64,000 nt of DNA, from positions 45,052 through 109,051 of IMG/VR virus record IMGVR_UViG_3300047498_000060; one strand, 5' to 3'. This stretch comes from a virus. Every line of letters starts with the position of its first letter. Positions within the stretch are counted from its first letter, which is position 1. The notes below the pieces were generated by a model that had not been told where the DNA came from, made no database searches, and saw nothing but the letters and a program-made list of their open reading frames with translations. Made by a program: the position numbers and the translations under genes. Positions 27,833 to 37,851 of this stretch are shown here, piece after piece.

Positions 27833-29517
27833 GAGACAAAGACTCCCGTTGTATTGTCATCACTCGTGTTGCCGTCGGGTCCGATGTAGAAGTTGTCGTC
27901 GTCTTCATCGGCGGGCGTCGTAACAAGCACCCCCGGAGCGACAACAATGGAGAAGGCACTGGGTGAACCGCCCACGTTGATGGACGCGCCACATGCCGAG
28001 GTGTTCGCGCCGTACCCCAGCGAGGAAGCGAAGCCATCCGAGGTCCCATAGGAAGGCCCCCCAACGAACTCGTTGAGTGTGCCCGGTCCGTTCGGGCCGA
28101 TGCCTCCCGAGAGACCACCAGGTATACCACCGCCGCTCCCTGTTCCAGAGATGACCCCACCGTTGATGGCTACACCGTTCCCGAAGACGGGCGTCGAGCT
28201 TCCATACGCGGTTGTCGTATAGGTCTGCCCGGACACGGTTGGGAGCGTGGTCTGGGCCGACAAGATGGGGCTCGCGAAGACACCGGTGAAGCCGAGCCCG
28301 CCGTTCACGCCCCCGACCGTGACTCCCCCAGCGACACCGAAGGTAGGGCCAGACTGCGCTGCCGCACCGATGCTGACTCCGACGCTGATGCCGAAGTTGG
28401 CCGAGATGCCGAGCTCAACGAAGCTGTCGGGGTTGTCGAGGTCGGCGCCATAGATGGCCAGGTTCTGGATACTGGTAGCCCAGAAGTCTGGTGCCTCTTC
28501 GATGTCGTCGCTCGGGTCGAGCGCGAGTGGGGTGTCAGGAGCCCCCGTGTACTCGTCCGTGTTGTCCGAGATGAGACCGCGCAGGGGGATCGTGCGCGTC
28601 CCTGCGTTGGCCAGAGCCGCGGCAGCATCCGCGAGGACACCGTCGATGGATGCAGTGCCCGTGGCAGAGAGCCCCATGGCGAGCACGCTTGCGAGGTCCG
28701 AGGCACCCCCGAAACCCCCACTTCCGTATCCCTCTGAGCCCGGCGGGGCCTGTCCGAGCTGCTGAGCAGCACCCTGCTGCGCCATGAGGTCGATGGCGTC
28801 TTGGAGATCCTGTGCGGAGTAGCCTGCCCCTGCTGTGGAAGCAGCGATCACCTGGAACGCATCGGCGCTGGTCAGGTTCACGCTCGGGGGGAGGTCCACA
28901 CTCGAACGGATGGGGAAGTTCGGGCTGCCGACGAAGGTGACGTTCTGATAGTTCGTCAGGTACAGCCGGAACTGGAGCTGCACCATGAGCGGTGTGTCCG
29001 AGGTCTTCCGCGCCTGCGCATTGAGCATGTACCCCTCGACGATGTTGTCGTCGTAGAAGAGGTAGGTGCGGGCCCCGAGCTCCACGCTCCGTGTGCCGCG
29101 GAAGAACTGGTCGTAGTTCTGCCAGAACTCGGCGTACCAGTTGAAGTCGTTCGAGTCGACGAGCACCGCCTGCACGTCGAGGAAGCGAGGGCTCTCCCCG
29201 AAGAAGTAGATGTACGGTTCGCCGAAGGTCTCGACGATCTGGTGCTTCTCCATCCGTGCTTCCTGGACGGACTGCAGGATGAAGTTCGTGTAGTCGGTGC
29301 TCATCCCCGTCGACGAGCTCGAGTCGTAGAGCGGGATAGGGTTCCCACTGGCTGCCACCAGCTTGAGGATCGCATACGTATCGTCGCGAATCTCAAGACC
29401 CCTTGTGGGTCGCCTGGCATTGTTACTACCGGCCCGCTGTGTCGTAGCAGCGTTGTTTACAGCGTTGTTGAAGCTATCAACGAACAAGTCGGTCGTAAGC
29501 GTGATAAAAACTGCCAT
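27829..29517 (-). CDS. Probable baseplate/tube-initiator protein
   Basis: Tube-like domain LQSVQEARMEKHQIVETFGE..FFGESPR; long Gly/Ser-rich tail; position after tape measure. Confidence 0.55.
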   Translation of the reverse strand: MAVFITLTTDLFVDSFNNAVNNAATTQRAGSNNARRPTRGLEIRDDTYAILKLVAASGNPIPLYDSSSSTGMSTDYTNFILQSVQEARMEKHQIVETFGEPYIYFFGESPRFLDVQAVLVDSNDFNWYAEFWQNYDQFFRGTRSVELGARTYLFYDDNIVEGYMLNAQARKTSDTPLMVQLQFRLYLTNYQNVTFVGSPNFPIRSSVDLPPSVNLTSADAFQVIAASTAGAGYSAQDLQDAIDLMAQQGAAQQLGQAPPGSEGYGSGGFGGASDLASVLAMGLSATGTASIDGVLADAAAALANAGTRTIPLRGLISDNTDEYTGAPDTPLALDPSDDIEEAPDFWATSIQNLAIYGADLDNPDSFVELGISANFGISVGVSIGAAAQSGPTFGVAGGVTVGGVNGGLGFTGVFASPILSAQTTLPTVSGQTYTTTAYGSSTPVFGNGVAINGGVISGTGSGGGIPGGLSGGIGPNGPGTLNEFVGGPSYGTSDGFASSLGYGANTSACGASINVGGSPSAFSIVVAPGVLVTTPADEDDDNFYIGPDGNTSDDNTTGVFVS

Positions 29518-29540
29518 CGTCGACTCCCTAGCTAAGAGAA

Positions 29541-29554
29541 AAGGCCGAAGCCTT
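29541..29554 (-). terminator. cUUCGg hairpin followed by TTCTCTTAGC
   Basis: Minus strand AAGGC-TTCG-GCCTT directly after HNH stop. Confidence 0.6.
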
Positions 29555-29562
29555 GTTCTCCA

Positions 29563-30141
29563 TTACAACGGCAAGTGCTTCCAACTTTCACCTCGAACGA
29601 TCGCGCATACATTCCTTGAGCTTAGCCCAAACTCGCGGGCAAGGGCGCTCTGTGTAGCGCCGCCCTTATGGCAGGTGCGGATGTAGATGACGTCGCGATC
29701 AGCGAGCTTCGCCTTACCTGCGTTTTCCCCTCGTGCTGCAGCCCCAGGATGGATGCGGAAGCCGTGTCGATTGCCTCGCGCTACTGATTCGGGATGCGTC
29801 GTGGATCCATGTCGCTCCCCTTTAGCTTGCCGCCCCTTCTGATCTCGGTCTCGATTGTTCTCGAGACGCGTGTCCAGGAAGATGTGGTCAGGACGCACGC
29901 AAGACGTGTTGTCACAGTGATGCAGCGCGCATAGTTCGTCTGGAACAATCTGCCCTGCCAAACGCAGAGAAGTACGAGACACGAGCTGCATCGTACGGCC
30001 TACGCGAATCAACCCGTAGCCTTGCAGGTTCTTGAACGCCAACCACAGCCAGCACGGCCCGAGCTCCGGCTTGTGTGCAGGGACCGGGCCGTTCTTGTCG
30101 ACCTTCTCCCAGAACCTTTCTTCTAGCGGACGTTGTTTCAT
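29563..30141 (-). CDS. HNH homing endonuclease with C-terminal HTH
   Basis: RFWEKVDK, CWLW, ALHHCDNTSCVRPDH...ENNRD, LAREFGLS. Confidence 0.9.
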   Translation of the reverse strand: MKQRPLEERFWEKVDKNGPVPAHKPELGPCWLWLAFKNLQGYGLIRVGRTMQLVSRTSLRLAGQIVPDELCALHHCDNTSCVRPDHIFLDTRLENNRDRDQKGRQAKGERHGSTTHPESVARGNRHGFRIHPGAAARGENAGKAKLADRDVIYIRTCHKGGATQSALAREFGLSSRNVCAIVRGESWKHLPL

Positions 30142-30169
30142 CTGGTCACCTCATCCTTCTTGTCTCGGA

Positions 30170-30439
30170 TCAGATGACGACGTTGCTTTTTATAAGATTA
30201 TCAAGAACAGAACGTGGCGGAGGTGTTCCGTTGTACTGTTCGCCCACCTTCAGTGCGAACGCTTCCGCCTTCACGAGCATGAGATAGGGGTCCTCGACCA
30301 CGATCTGATCGTGCAGGACGTAGGTGTAGAGGCGCCCGTTCTTCCGGATGGTGAGCGTGACTTCCTGCCTGCAGGGACTGCAGCCCGGGGGGATTGAGAA
30401 CGGAAGATCGCCTTCAACGAACAACAGGGACTTCGCCAT
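30170..30439 (-). CDS. Small hypothetical protein following tape measure
   Basis: TGATG coupling with tape measure stop. Confidence 0.55.
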   Translation of the reverse strand: MAKSLLFVEGDLPFSIPPGCSPCRQEVTLTIRKNGRLYTYVLHDQIVVEDPYLMLVKAEAFALKVGEQYNGTPPPRSVLDNLIKSNVVI

Positions 30440-33400
30440 CAGGGCTTTCCTTTCGGACTGTTCGGCGTGTTGGGTGCGCCACCGCCCTCGCCACCTTGAT
30501 TCTTGTCGTTCGCGTTCATCTGGGCGATCTCTGCTGCTGTGTGCCCCGCGTACTTCACCATCTGTTCGAGGAGCTTGTTGGTGGTCTTCTGCTCGCGAAT
30601 CTGCGGATTCTTGTTCTCGTCTTCGTCCTGCTTCTTCTTCTGCTGATCCTGGACCGCTTGGTCCCCCTGAATGCTTTCGTACGCAAGGGCCCCTCCAGCA
30701 ACGTTCTTGTTCCTGACGGCGCTGGTGAGGTTATGGATCTTAGACTGCAGTGCCTCCTTTGCGCCCTCACTGATGCCCTTGCCGCCTAGTTGTTCCAGCA
30801 TGAAGGACTCGAGACGTTTCTGGCTCGCGTCGTCCTTCAGGTTCATGGTCTTCATGTCGTCCTTCGACAGGGAGAGACCAAGACCCCCGAGGGCCGTCTG
30901 GGTGAGGTTGCCTCGCTTCAGGCCACGCGCGATGCGCTTCTCATCCGCGTTGATGGTCGCCATCGTGCTTCCAAGCTCGGTGCCGGCAGCGTTGGTGGCG
31001 ATCTTCGCGCGCTCCTTCTCCGAGAGATTCGCAAGAGCCTCGACCCCCATGCGCTCGGTGTCGCGGATCTTGTTCCGCTCCGCCACAGTGCCGTTGAAAC
31101 TGGCCTCGAGACCAAGCCCCTCCTGCATCCGCTGTACGGCGGCCTCGCCCTCCTTGCTGAGACCCTCGACGAGCTTGCTCTTGCCTGTCTTGGGGTCGAT
31201 GGCATTGAGGCCGAGCTCCTCCATTTTCTTCTGCTCGCCTTTGGCTCGTGTGCGCACGCGCTGAGCCTCCTCTTTTCGCACTGCGCTGTTCTGCTCTTGC
31301 GCAGCCTGCTTAGTGGCCTCGTAGGCGTCCTCGAGTTTGCTCTTCGAGTCGATGGTGTTGGCGCCGTACTTGTCCGTGAGCTTCTTGATCTCGGACTCAG
31401 GGATGTTGCCATCGGGGTACTTCATCTTCAGCTGGCCGTACTCTTGCGCGGCTAGTTGTGATGCAACGCCGATAGCTTCGCCGCTCTTGGACTGCTTGCT
31501 CTGCGCGAAGTCCATCAGCTCATTCTCGGCGCGCAGACGTGCGTCCATGGCGGCCTTCTGTCCGCTTCCTCCGAACAGGTCGAATGCACGACTCTGTGCC
31601 TTCTCCGAGGTCATGTAAGTACCCAGGGCGGTACGACGGGCGTCATCGCCGGTGAGTGAGCTCTGAATCTTGCCGCCTAGCCAAGCACCTGCGGCAGCAG
31701 CAGGCGGTAGCCCTGCTCCCAGTAAGGTCCCGGCAGCCCCGCCTATCAGACGGCCAATACCCTGGTCTTGCCCGCCAAGTATCTGATTCGCATACTTGCG
31801 GCCGCGTTCCGAAGGCGCGGTACCCCCTCCATCAAGCGCGCCCTCGGGAGTAGCGGAGTTCGCGGAGAGCAAAGACTTGTCCGAGATGCCGATCTGCTGC
31901 TCAAGAGTGTTGACCGAGGATGCTTGCTCGCCTGCGCCCTTGCCGAAATTCGCGAGCATGTTCTGCGCACTCTTGTTGCCAGACTTGGCTTGCTCCTCGA
32001 GGATGTTCTTCACCGCTTCGACGCGCGCTTGACCGCTCAGTCCTGCCATCTTGCCCACGTACTCGCGCCGTAGTGTGGACGTGAGCTCTCCGTCGGCCTC
32101 CCCGAGCTTGCTGTTGAGGCGCTGCGCTCCCTCTGCGGTCTGGTCAGCCTCGAGAAGAGACTTCTGGAGGTCCGCTTGGCTCCCCTCCTTGATGTTGTAC
32201 CCCGCCTCCTTGTACTTCTGGGCCATCGTCTTGCCGAAGACGAGTGAGCCTTCCGTGTAACCAAGGGATTGGCGCAGCTTCTCGCCAGAACCACCAAAGA
32301 AGTCCCGGGTCGACATCGAGGTCTGCTTGGCCGGGTCACCACTCCCGAAGGGACTGGCTCCGCCACCCATCGTCAGCGCAACCTCGCGGTCGTTGCCTCC
32401 CCACTTCATGTTCCGGAAGGCGTTGTCGGCCTTCTCGGTCATCACATGCTCGTAGGTGCCGGTCATCTTGTTGATCCAGCGGTCGAGGGCCTCAGAGCCG
32501 GAGTTGAAAAGGTTCTGCCCGGCTTCCTGCATCTTGCCGTTGATCTTCTCCTGAGCCTGCTTGAACCGCTGTTCGACTCCCTCGATGCCCTGCTGCTTGT
32601 GCTCCTGGGCAATCTTCTGGAGGTAGCTGTCATCCTGCTGGGAGGCCTGCATCCGACGCGCAATCTGCGGCAAGGCGTTGGCCATCTTCACGGCTTGGTC
32701 GACATCGTCACGCCCCATCCCGAGCTGGCGCTGGGCGAAGAGCATCGAGCGGTCGTCCATGTTGTTGATGTCGACGCCCTTCGACTCGGCCCACTCCTTC
32801 AGCTTCAGGGCAGGGAGGAACCCGCCGATGCGCTCGAGGGCGGCACCCCGGAGACGCCCTTCGTTCCGGATGAAGTTTGCACGACCCACCGTGGTCTTCA
32901 TCTTGTTGTCCCGGCGCATCGTCTCCCCGATGTCCATCCCGCCGGCGAGGAGCTCCTGCACCCCATCCTCGTCGAGCGTGCCGTTCTTGCCGGCGATGGC
33001 GGCCAGGGTGCGGCGTCCGCGGCCCGACTGGAGGAAGCTTCCGGCCTTCTGCATCGAGCTCGCAGCGTAGGCCTGCCGTCCTTCGGCCCCCGTGAGGCCG
33101 GTCACGTTGTAGATGTCCTCCTCGGAGAGCACTCCCATCTGCTGCGCAGTGCCGATCTGCCCGATGGTGCGGATGCCCGCACCTGCTCCCTGCTTCCCGA
33201 GCCCCCCAATGGAGCGCGCGATCTGGCTTCCGATGCTCGCTGCCCCCGTGACCTCGCTCACGGCCAACCCGCCGGCGACTGCGGACCCTCGAACGGAGCC
33301 CGTGAACTTCGCCATGTTGCCCATGCCGAAGACGCCGGACCCCTTAGCGGCCTGGGCGAACTCCATTGCCCCCTCGAGCGTAGTCCCGAGGTCCTTGGCC

Positions 33401-34065
33401 ATGCCCTTCAGGGTGGTGACCATCTCCTTGAACTTCGAGGAGAACTCCTTCACGTCGCGCACTCCCTGCGCGAAGCCCATGGAGCCCATCTTCCCGGCCA
33501 AGCTGGTGAGCTCCTTGAAGCCGGTGATCTCCCCGCCGGGGCCGAACTGCCCGCTCATGTCGCGGACCATCGATCCGATCTCGGTCATGTCCGCGCGCTG
33601 GAAACCCTGCCCGCCGGCGCTGTTCCGGAAATTGAAACTGCTCCGGAGGGTTTGGTTCAGGTTCGACTGCTGACTTGCCCCCTCCATCATCTGCGACCCG
33701 GCGTACTTCCCTGCCCCCATCGCGGCCATGAGCGGTAGCGCGACGCCGGCGCCCACGCCGATAGCTCCTGCCATCCCCATCCCGGATGCAGACGCCATCC
33801 CCCCAGCCTTCAAGCCGATGGAGAAGGGGTCGAGGCCCATCATACTCATGCCCGCCGCGGCCAGAGGTACCCCAATACCTGCCGCACGGTTCATTCCGCG
33901 GGACATGAGCTGGTCGCCCTGCATGCCCCCACCCATCGAGCCCCCCATGGAGCCGCCGCCATATACGTTCCCTTGACTCATCTGCGAGGCATACTGCGCC
34001 TGCTGAGCGTATTGCTGCTGGTATGAGTTGTTTAGCTGGGCGATCTCGCTCGAAGAAAGGGGCAT
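30439..34065 (-). CDS. Tape-measure-like protein
   Basis: 1208 aa, helical G/A/M/Q/K/E-rich, hydrophobic Gly-rich patches, upstream of baseplate-like genes. Confidence 0.7.
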   Translation of the reverse strand: MPLSSSEIAQLNNSYQQQYAQQAQYASQMSQGNVYGGGSMGGSMGGGMQGDQLMSRGMNRAAGIGVPLAAAGMSMMGLDPFSIGLKAGGMASASGMGMAGAIGVGAGVALPLMAAMGAGKYAGSQMMEGASQQSNLNQTLRSSFNFRNSAGGQGFQRADMTEIGSMVRDMSGQFGPGGEITGFKELTSLAGKMGSMGFAQGVRDVKEFSSKFKEMVTTLKGMAKDLGTTLEGAMEFAQAAKGSGVFGMGNMAKFTGSVRGSAVAGGLAVSEVTGAASIGSQIARSIGGLGKQGAGAGIRTIGQIGTAQQMGVLSEEDIYNVTGLTGAEGRQAYAASSMQKAGSFLQSGRGRRTLAAIAGKNGTLDEDGVQELLAGGMDIGETMRRDNKMKTTVGRANFIRNEGRLRGAALERIGGFLPALKLKEWAESKGVDINNMDDRSMLFAQRQLGMGRDDVDQAVKMANALPQIARRMQASQQDDSYLQKIAQEHKQQGIEGVEQRFKQAQEKINGKMQEAGQNLFNSGSEALDRWINKMTGTYEHVMTEKADNAFRNMKWGGNDREVALTMGGGASPFGSGDPAKQTSMSTRDFFGGSGEKLRQSLGYTEGSLVFGKTMAQKYKEAGYNIKEGSQADLQKSLLEADQTAEGAQRLNSKLGEADGELTSTLRREYVGKMAGLSGQARVEAVKNILEEQAKSGNKSAQNMLANFGKGAGEQASSVNTLEQQIGISDKSLLSANSATPEGALDGGGTAPSERGRKYANQILGGQDQGIGRLIGGAAGTLLGAGLPPAAAAGAWLGGKIQSSLTGDDARRTALGTYMTSEKAQSRAFDLFGGSGQKAAMDARLRAENELMDFAQSKQSKSGEAIGVASQLAAQEYGQLKMKYPDGNIPESEIKKLTDKYGANTIDSKSKLEDAYEATKQAAQEQNSAVRKEEAQRVRTRAKGEQKKMEELGLNAIDPKTGKSKLVEGLSKEGEAAVQRMQEGLGLEASFNGTVAERNKIRDTERMGVEALANLSEKERAKIATNAAGTELGSTMATINADEKRIARGLKRGNLTQTALGGLGLSLSKDDMKTMNLKDDASQKRLESFMLEQLGGKGISEGAKEALQSKIHNLTSAVRNKNVAGGALAYESIQGDQAVQDQQKKKQDEDENKNPQIREQKTTNKLLEQMVKYAGHTAAEIAQMNANDKNQGGEGGGAPNTPNSPKGKP

Positions 34066-34135
34066 CGGGAACGCGCCTCTACAGGGTGGGGCTCAGCTTA
34101 CCACGCAACAGACCCTGCCACTCCGCAGCAATTAC

Positions 34136-34151
34136 GGGGACAAGACACATG
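34136..34151 (+). promoter_or_regulatory. Promoter-like motif copy GGGGACAAG-N4-ATG
   Basis: One of ten oriented copies; upstream of 34185 gene. Confidence 0.55.
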
Positions 34152-34184
34152 AGACAATCACGTCTTTAGCTGGAGGATTACGGC

Positions 34185-34616
34185 ATGAAGATCACCATGG
34201 ACAGCCACGTCGATCACCTCACGCCAGACTGCATCGCCTGGCTGATCAAGGTCTACGAGAACCAAGAGAGCGAGAACGTTGTTGTCGACACCCTAGAGCT
34301 CCCCCCGGAGCTGCCCGCACTGTTGTGCGACCTGCACGGTCCGGCAACGAAGGAAGCACCCGTCTCCGAGACTGAGGCGTACTACGCGAAGAGGGGTAAT
34401 CGCAGCGGAGACTCGAGGCTCTGCAAGAGAGCACCCGTAGAAACGCGGACAATCACCGTGGTCTTCGGGCCACACGAGGGAAATACCATCCTCTACACGG
34501 CCTACCCGGGGCCGGTTGCGCCGAGGGAACCCTGGGACACGTCACTCTCTGAAACAGAGGTAGTGGCGTCACGGGCCTTTTGGGCAGAGCACGCGCTGAG
34601 CGTGCGGGAGGGGTAG
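34185..34616 (+). CDS. Conserved-looking hypothetical protein
   Basis: GGAGG RBS; ILYTAYPGP.APREP...FW..HAL motif. Confidence 0.7.
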   Translation: MKITMDSHVDHLTPDCIAWLIKVYENQESENVVVDTLELPPELPALLCDLHGPATKEAPVSETEAYYAKRGNRSGDSRLCKRAPVETRTITVVFGPHEGNTILYTAYPGPVAPREPWDTSLSETEVVASRAFWAEHALSVREG

Positions 34617-34776
34617 TCGGGAGAGACCATGCGCATGCGCGACGTGAAGGGCCGCGGTGCAGGCAAGTACGCTGGAATCTGTTCTCTCTGCTCTCGGGCT
34701 CACTGCGGGGGCCCCTCATACCCACACCGCAGTACTGCCCGTGCTGCAAACAACCCCTACCTAGGAAGGATGAGTC

Positions 34777-35481
34777 ATGACCACCATCAAAGCGGCACTG
34801 CTTCTTGTTGTAACAACGCTCGTCGCCTGCTCCGGTACGCCGGCAAGCACGACAGAGCCGGACAGACTCAGCCCGTCAAACTGCACCATCCAATCCATCG
34901 ACGCCGGCGTGAAGGGCGGATCCTCGAGCGGCAGCGCAGGGAAGATGGGTGCGATGGGCGCCGAAGGCCCCCAAGGTCCTTCCGGACCGGTCGGTCCCCA
35001 GGGTCCTGCTGGGCCCGCGGGTCCCGTTGGTGCAACGGGAGCTACTGGACCTGCCGGAGCCATCGGGCCACAAGGCCCTGCCGGAGAGCAAGGTCCCGCC
35101 GGCCCTGCTGGTCCCCAGGGACCTCAAGGCCCCGCCGGCATGGGCGTACAAGGTCCTGCGGGCCCCAAAGGAGCTGCTGGAACAGACGGTGTTCTGACCA
35201 GCCGCACTCAGCTCTACACTGTGAAGAGCTCGGCCGTGAACGTGGGGTACAACCAGCTCATCGGACCCACGGCAGCGACAGCAAGCTGCCTAATGAACAC
35301 AGACATCCTGCTCACGGGCTGGTGCGTTCCGGCCCTACTGCAGGGTTCGGGGCAGTACTGGTACGGAGTGGGCCTTGATGCGACCGGCAGCGCGATGGCC
35401 TGGGAGTGCAACGGAGTGAACAACGACAATCCATCAACGTTCAGCCTTCAGGCGTTCGCGACCTGCATCGCGGTGCCATGA
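34777..35481 (+). CDS. Collagen-like lipoprotein
   Basis: Signal with LVAC lipobox; long Gly-X-Y run; Cys-containing C-terminal domain. Confidence 0.8.
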   Translation: MTTIKAALLLVVTTLVACSGTPASTTEPDRLSPSNCTIQSIDAGVKGGSSSGSAGKMGAMGAEGPQGPSGPVGPQGPAGPAGPVGATGATGPAGAIGPQGPAGEQGPAGPAGPQGPQGPAGMGVQGPAGPKGAAGTDGVLTSRTQLYTVKSSAVNVGYNQLIGPTAATASCLMNTDILLTGWCVPALLQGSGQYWYGVGLDATGSAMAWECNGVNNDNPSTFSLQAFATCIAVP

Positions 35482-35744
35482 TGGTGCGGTCACTTCAGGA
35501 GTGCCTCCAACTTCTTGCCGCCGCCGCAGAGGGTTGCGGCAGGGAGAAGGAGGCGCGCTGGATACGCGAAGCCGATCCAGGTCGGCAGCACCTACTCGTG
35601 GACTTGCTGACTCGCATCGAAAGAACACCGGGACTCGAGCCTGAGCTCTGGAATCCCGTAGTGTTGTTCAAGGCGTGCCTTGGAGGCCGCCAAAAAGAAG
35701 AGGAGTTCGTACGCGCTTGCTTACGTGCACAGGGACTGGTCTAG
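35478..35744 (+). CDS. Hypothetical protein
   Basis: ATGA coupling to collagen gene. Confidence 0.45.
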   Translation: MMVRSLQECLQLLAAAAEGCGREKEARWIREADPGRQHLLVDLLTRIERTPGLEPELWNPVVLFKACLGGRQKEEEFVRACLRAQGLV

Positions 35745-36238
35745 GCTGCCTTGCTCTTCTGCAGCTGCCCCACCGCTCTGTACCCCGCTGGTCGTAATGA
35801 CGCGCCTAGGTCATCGTTTCGCCAAGAGCCCACCGCCGAATGGAGAGTCCTCCAGATCTCTCCGCGGCGTGGGCCCTTGGCAGTCTCGAGCTCATTCACT
35901 AGCTCTCGGGCGTCCTCTGCCGTGCCCACGTTCTTCTTTCCCCAGGGGGTGAGGTTGAACGGAGCCCATCCCTTGGCCGTGTCCATCTTCCCGTAAGCCA
36001 CCACAGCCTCACCGCCACGACGTCGCTGCGACTCGCGCGCGAAGTTCTCGATGCCAGGGACTTTGGCTCGCGCCTTCATCGCCGTGTAGACAGCCCGCGC
36101 GTTAGGGTCGCTGGCTAGGTTTGGCGCACCCACAGCAGGTGCCAGCTCTTTCCAGCGACCCGAGGTGCCATGAATGAACGGCACCTTGATCGCGATCTTC
36201 TCGAGCTCATCGCAGCAAGCTGCCCAGGACGGTGGCAT
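35741..36238 (-). CDS. Protein with N-terminal CCDELEKIA motif; leaderless
   Basis: Same motif as the 18.8-24.1 kb cluster; TACACT 7 nt before ATG. Confidence 0.65.
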   Translation of the reverse strand: MPPSWAACCDELEKIAIKVPFIHGTSGRWKELAPAVGAPNLASDPNARAVYTAMKARAKVPGIENFARESQRRRGGEAVVAYGKMDTAKGWAPFNLTPWGKKNVGTAEDARELVNELETAKGPRRGEIWRTLHSAVGSWRNDDLGASLRPAGYRAVGQLQKSKAA

Positions 36239-36290
36239 GTTCCCAAGTGTACCATTTTCGCTGTCAGAGTCGCAAGTTTGGGGCGTCTTC

Positions 36291-36306
36291 GGAGATAAGA
36301 GTCATG
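36291..36306 (+). promoter_or_regulatory. Promoter-like motif copy GGAGATAAG-N4-ATG
   Basis: Intergenic, oriented with 36320 gene. Confidence 0.6.
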
Positions 36307-36319
36307 GAGGTACATTCAC

Positions 36320-36730
36320 ATGCCTACGCACACCGACAACGATTCACAGCTCACCCGTCTCCAGGCACTGAAGAACGAAGTCGCGGCAATGACGCCTGCG
36401 CAGAAGAACTTCATCAACGGCGAGCTCCCGGAGGCAGCGCTGCTCTTCGGCGAGAAGTCTGCGACCAAGTTCGAGCTCCGGGAACAGGAGCGACGCCTCG
36501 ACGCTTTCAAGTCTCACGTCGAGTCCCGCATCAGCGAGACCAGACACAAGGTCGACATGCAGACCCTCGACCTCAGCTCTCAAGCCCGTAGCATCGACGC
36601 GCTCAGTGCCCGTGTCAGGCAGCTTGAAAGTGTCGCCCCTGTCAAAGAGATCCTGGTGATCGGCTTGGCAGGGGTGTTCTTCGTGTCTCTCATCGCGGCT
36701 GTGGCAAACGCCGCTGCCGACCCGGTCTGA
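36320..36730 (+). CDS. Coiled-coil protein with C-terminal TM anchor
   Basis: GGAGG RBS; hydrophobic C-terminus. Confidence 0.65.
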   Translation: MPTHTDNDSQLTRLQALKNEVAAMTPAQKNFINGELPEAALLFGEKSATKFELREQERRLDAFKSHVESRISETRHKVDMQTLDLSSQARSIDALSARVRQLESVAPVKEILVIGLAGVFFVSLIAAVANAAADPV

Positions 36731-36735
36731 CACGA

Positions 36736-36780
36736 GCAGAAGGAGCTACCCACAAGGGGTGGTCTCCTTCTGCTTAGCCC
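36736..36780 (+). terminator. Hairpin plus CTTAGCCC
   Basis: GCAGAAGGAG/CTCCTTCTGC inverted repeat. Confidence 0.7.
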
Positions 36781-36807
36781 TCAGACCCTCAATTTCTGCC
36801 TCTATTC

Positions 36808-36823
36808 GGAGATAAGGAGAGTG
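36808..36823 (+). promoter_or_regulatory. Promoter-like motif copy GGAGATAAG-N4-GTG
   Basis: Intergenic after terminator. Confidence 0.6.
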
Positions 36824-37051
36824 GAGGAAACCAACATGTTCATCATCGTACCGCTCATCGTGGGGGCCTACACCCTCACTGTTTCGGCAAAGGCCGCCAC
36901 GTCCGAGGCGGTCAAGAGGATGCTTCCCCGACCCATCATGATCATCGCGGTCGTTGACCCTTCTGATGGCGAGGTGCTGATGCGACAGCCCGTGAAAATG
37001 GGAACGCAGGACGTCGCTGATCTCGGAGCCTGCCTGCAGGGGATGTCATGA
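36821..37051 (+). CDS. Small hypothetical protein (start may be ATG 36836)
   Basis: GGAGG before ATG 36836; hydrophobic N-terminus. Confidence 0.5.
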   Translation: MEETNMFIIVPLIVGAYTLTVSAKAATSEAVKRMLPRPIMIIAVVDPSDGEVLMRQPVKMGTQDVADLGACLQGMS

Positions 37052-37248
37052 GGAAGGAAACATTACAGCAGCAGCTGGCCAAGCAAGTCGGCTTCATCGA
37101 CAGAAGCAAGCAACCCGTCACGGCGGACGCTCCCATCCAAGGTGCCGTGCATCTGCTGCCCGAGATTGAGCAAATCCCTACTGATTCCCGGGATAAGAGT
37201 CATGAAGGTAACAACACCACTCACCAACCCAAGCTGGAGGACATTCAC

Positions 37249-37563
37249 ATGACTACGCACAGCACCGAGACCGCCACGAGCAAGCGCATCAATGACGAGC
37301 GCATCGCCCAGCTCGACACCGAGCGCGCCGAGCTCAGGAACCTGACCGGGTTCACCCCCGAGCAGATCGTCTTCATCAAGGATGCAGTAGGGTCTACCGC
37401 AGACAGCATGCACAAGCTGACCGCAGCACTCACGGCGAAGAAGAGCTACACCGACCACGCCGTCGAGGTCGGCAAGGTCGCCGGCGGTGTCGCGCTGGGC
37501 CTCGGTCTGGCGTTCGGCGTCAAGGCCGGCGTGGACTATTTGTTCTTCAAGCCGGTCGGCTGA
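37249..37563 (+). CDS. Coiled-coil protein with C-terminal TM (ORF open upstream to 37048)
   Basis: TGGAGGACATTCACATG leader nearly identical to that of 36320; motif copy at 37189-37204. Confidence 0.65.
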   Translation: MTTHSTETATSKRINDERIAQLDTERAELRNLTGFTPEQIVFIKDAVGSTADSMHKLTAALTAKKSYTDHAVEVGKVAGGVALGLGLAFGVKAGVDYLFFKPVG

Positions 37564-37574
37564 CGAACGGAAGG

Positions 37575-37613
37575 AGCGCCACCCCGTGAGGGCTGGCGCT
37601 TTCTTCTTAGCCC
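37575..37613 (+). terminator. Hairpin plus TTCTTCTTAGCCC
   Basis: AGCGCCA/TGGCGCT stem. Confidence 0.75.
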
Positions 37614-37638
37614 TAGCGCGCAAAGTCCTGCAGGAATG

Positions 37639-37737
37639 GGGGACAAGAAGTATGGAGCCCTGCTTCTCCCTCCAGCGGCAGTGAGCTCGGCGGCGTATAC
37701 CCCCAGGTGCATGGGGGTATGCGCCGCTTCTCTTAGC
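37639..37737 (+). ncRNA. Candidate small RNA or micropeptide unit (promoter motif to 16-bp hairpin)
   Basis: Motif at 37639, 10-codon ORF 37652-37684, stem 37690-37727, then TTCTCTTAGC. Confidence 0.4.
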
Positions 37738-37851
37738 TCTTGTGGCGGTCCTGCTTCTTTCGTCGTTCAGTTGTAGCAAGAAGACACGCATAAAAAGAGT
37801 TGCTTCCTTGGCAGTACACGGTAGTGTTTCAACAGAAAGGAGGACTACCCC

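Noticed and set aside
29621-29626. CTTAGC inside the HNH gene (also near 7595, 14387, 21862, 48033)
   Set aside because: Coding context with no upstream hairpin; treated as background occurrences.
32269-33738. Long plus-strand ORFs antisense to real genes (e.g. 32269-33738, 19919-21094, 16171-17163, 58333-59319, 8182-9057)
   Set aside because: Shadow ORFs expected from GC3 bias on the coding strand; no motifs or RBS, and the opposite strand encodes recognisable proteins.
34875-35197. Overlapping ORFs and nucleotide repeats across the collagen region
   Set aside because: By-product of Gly-X-Y codon periodicity.
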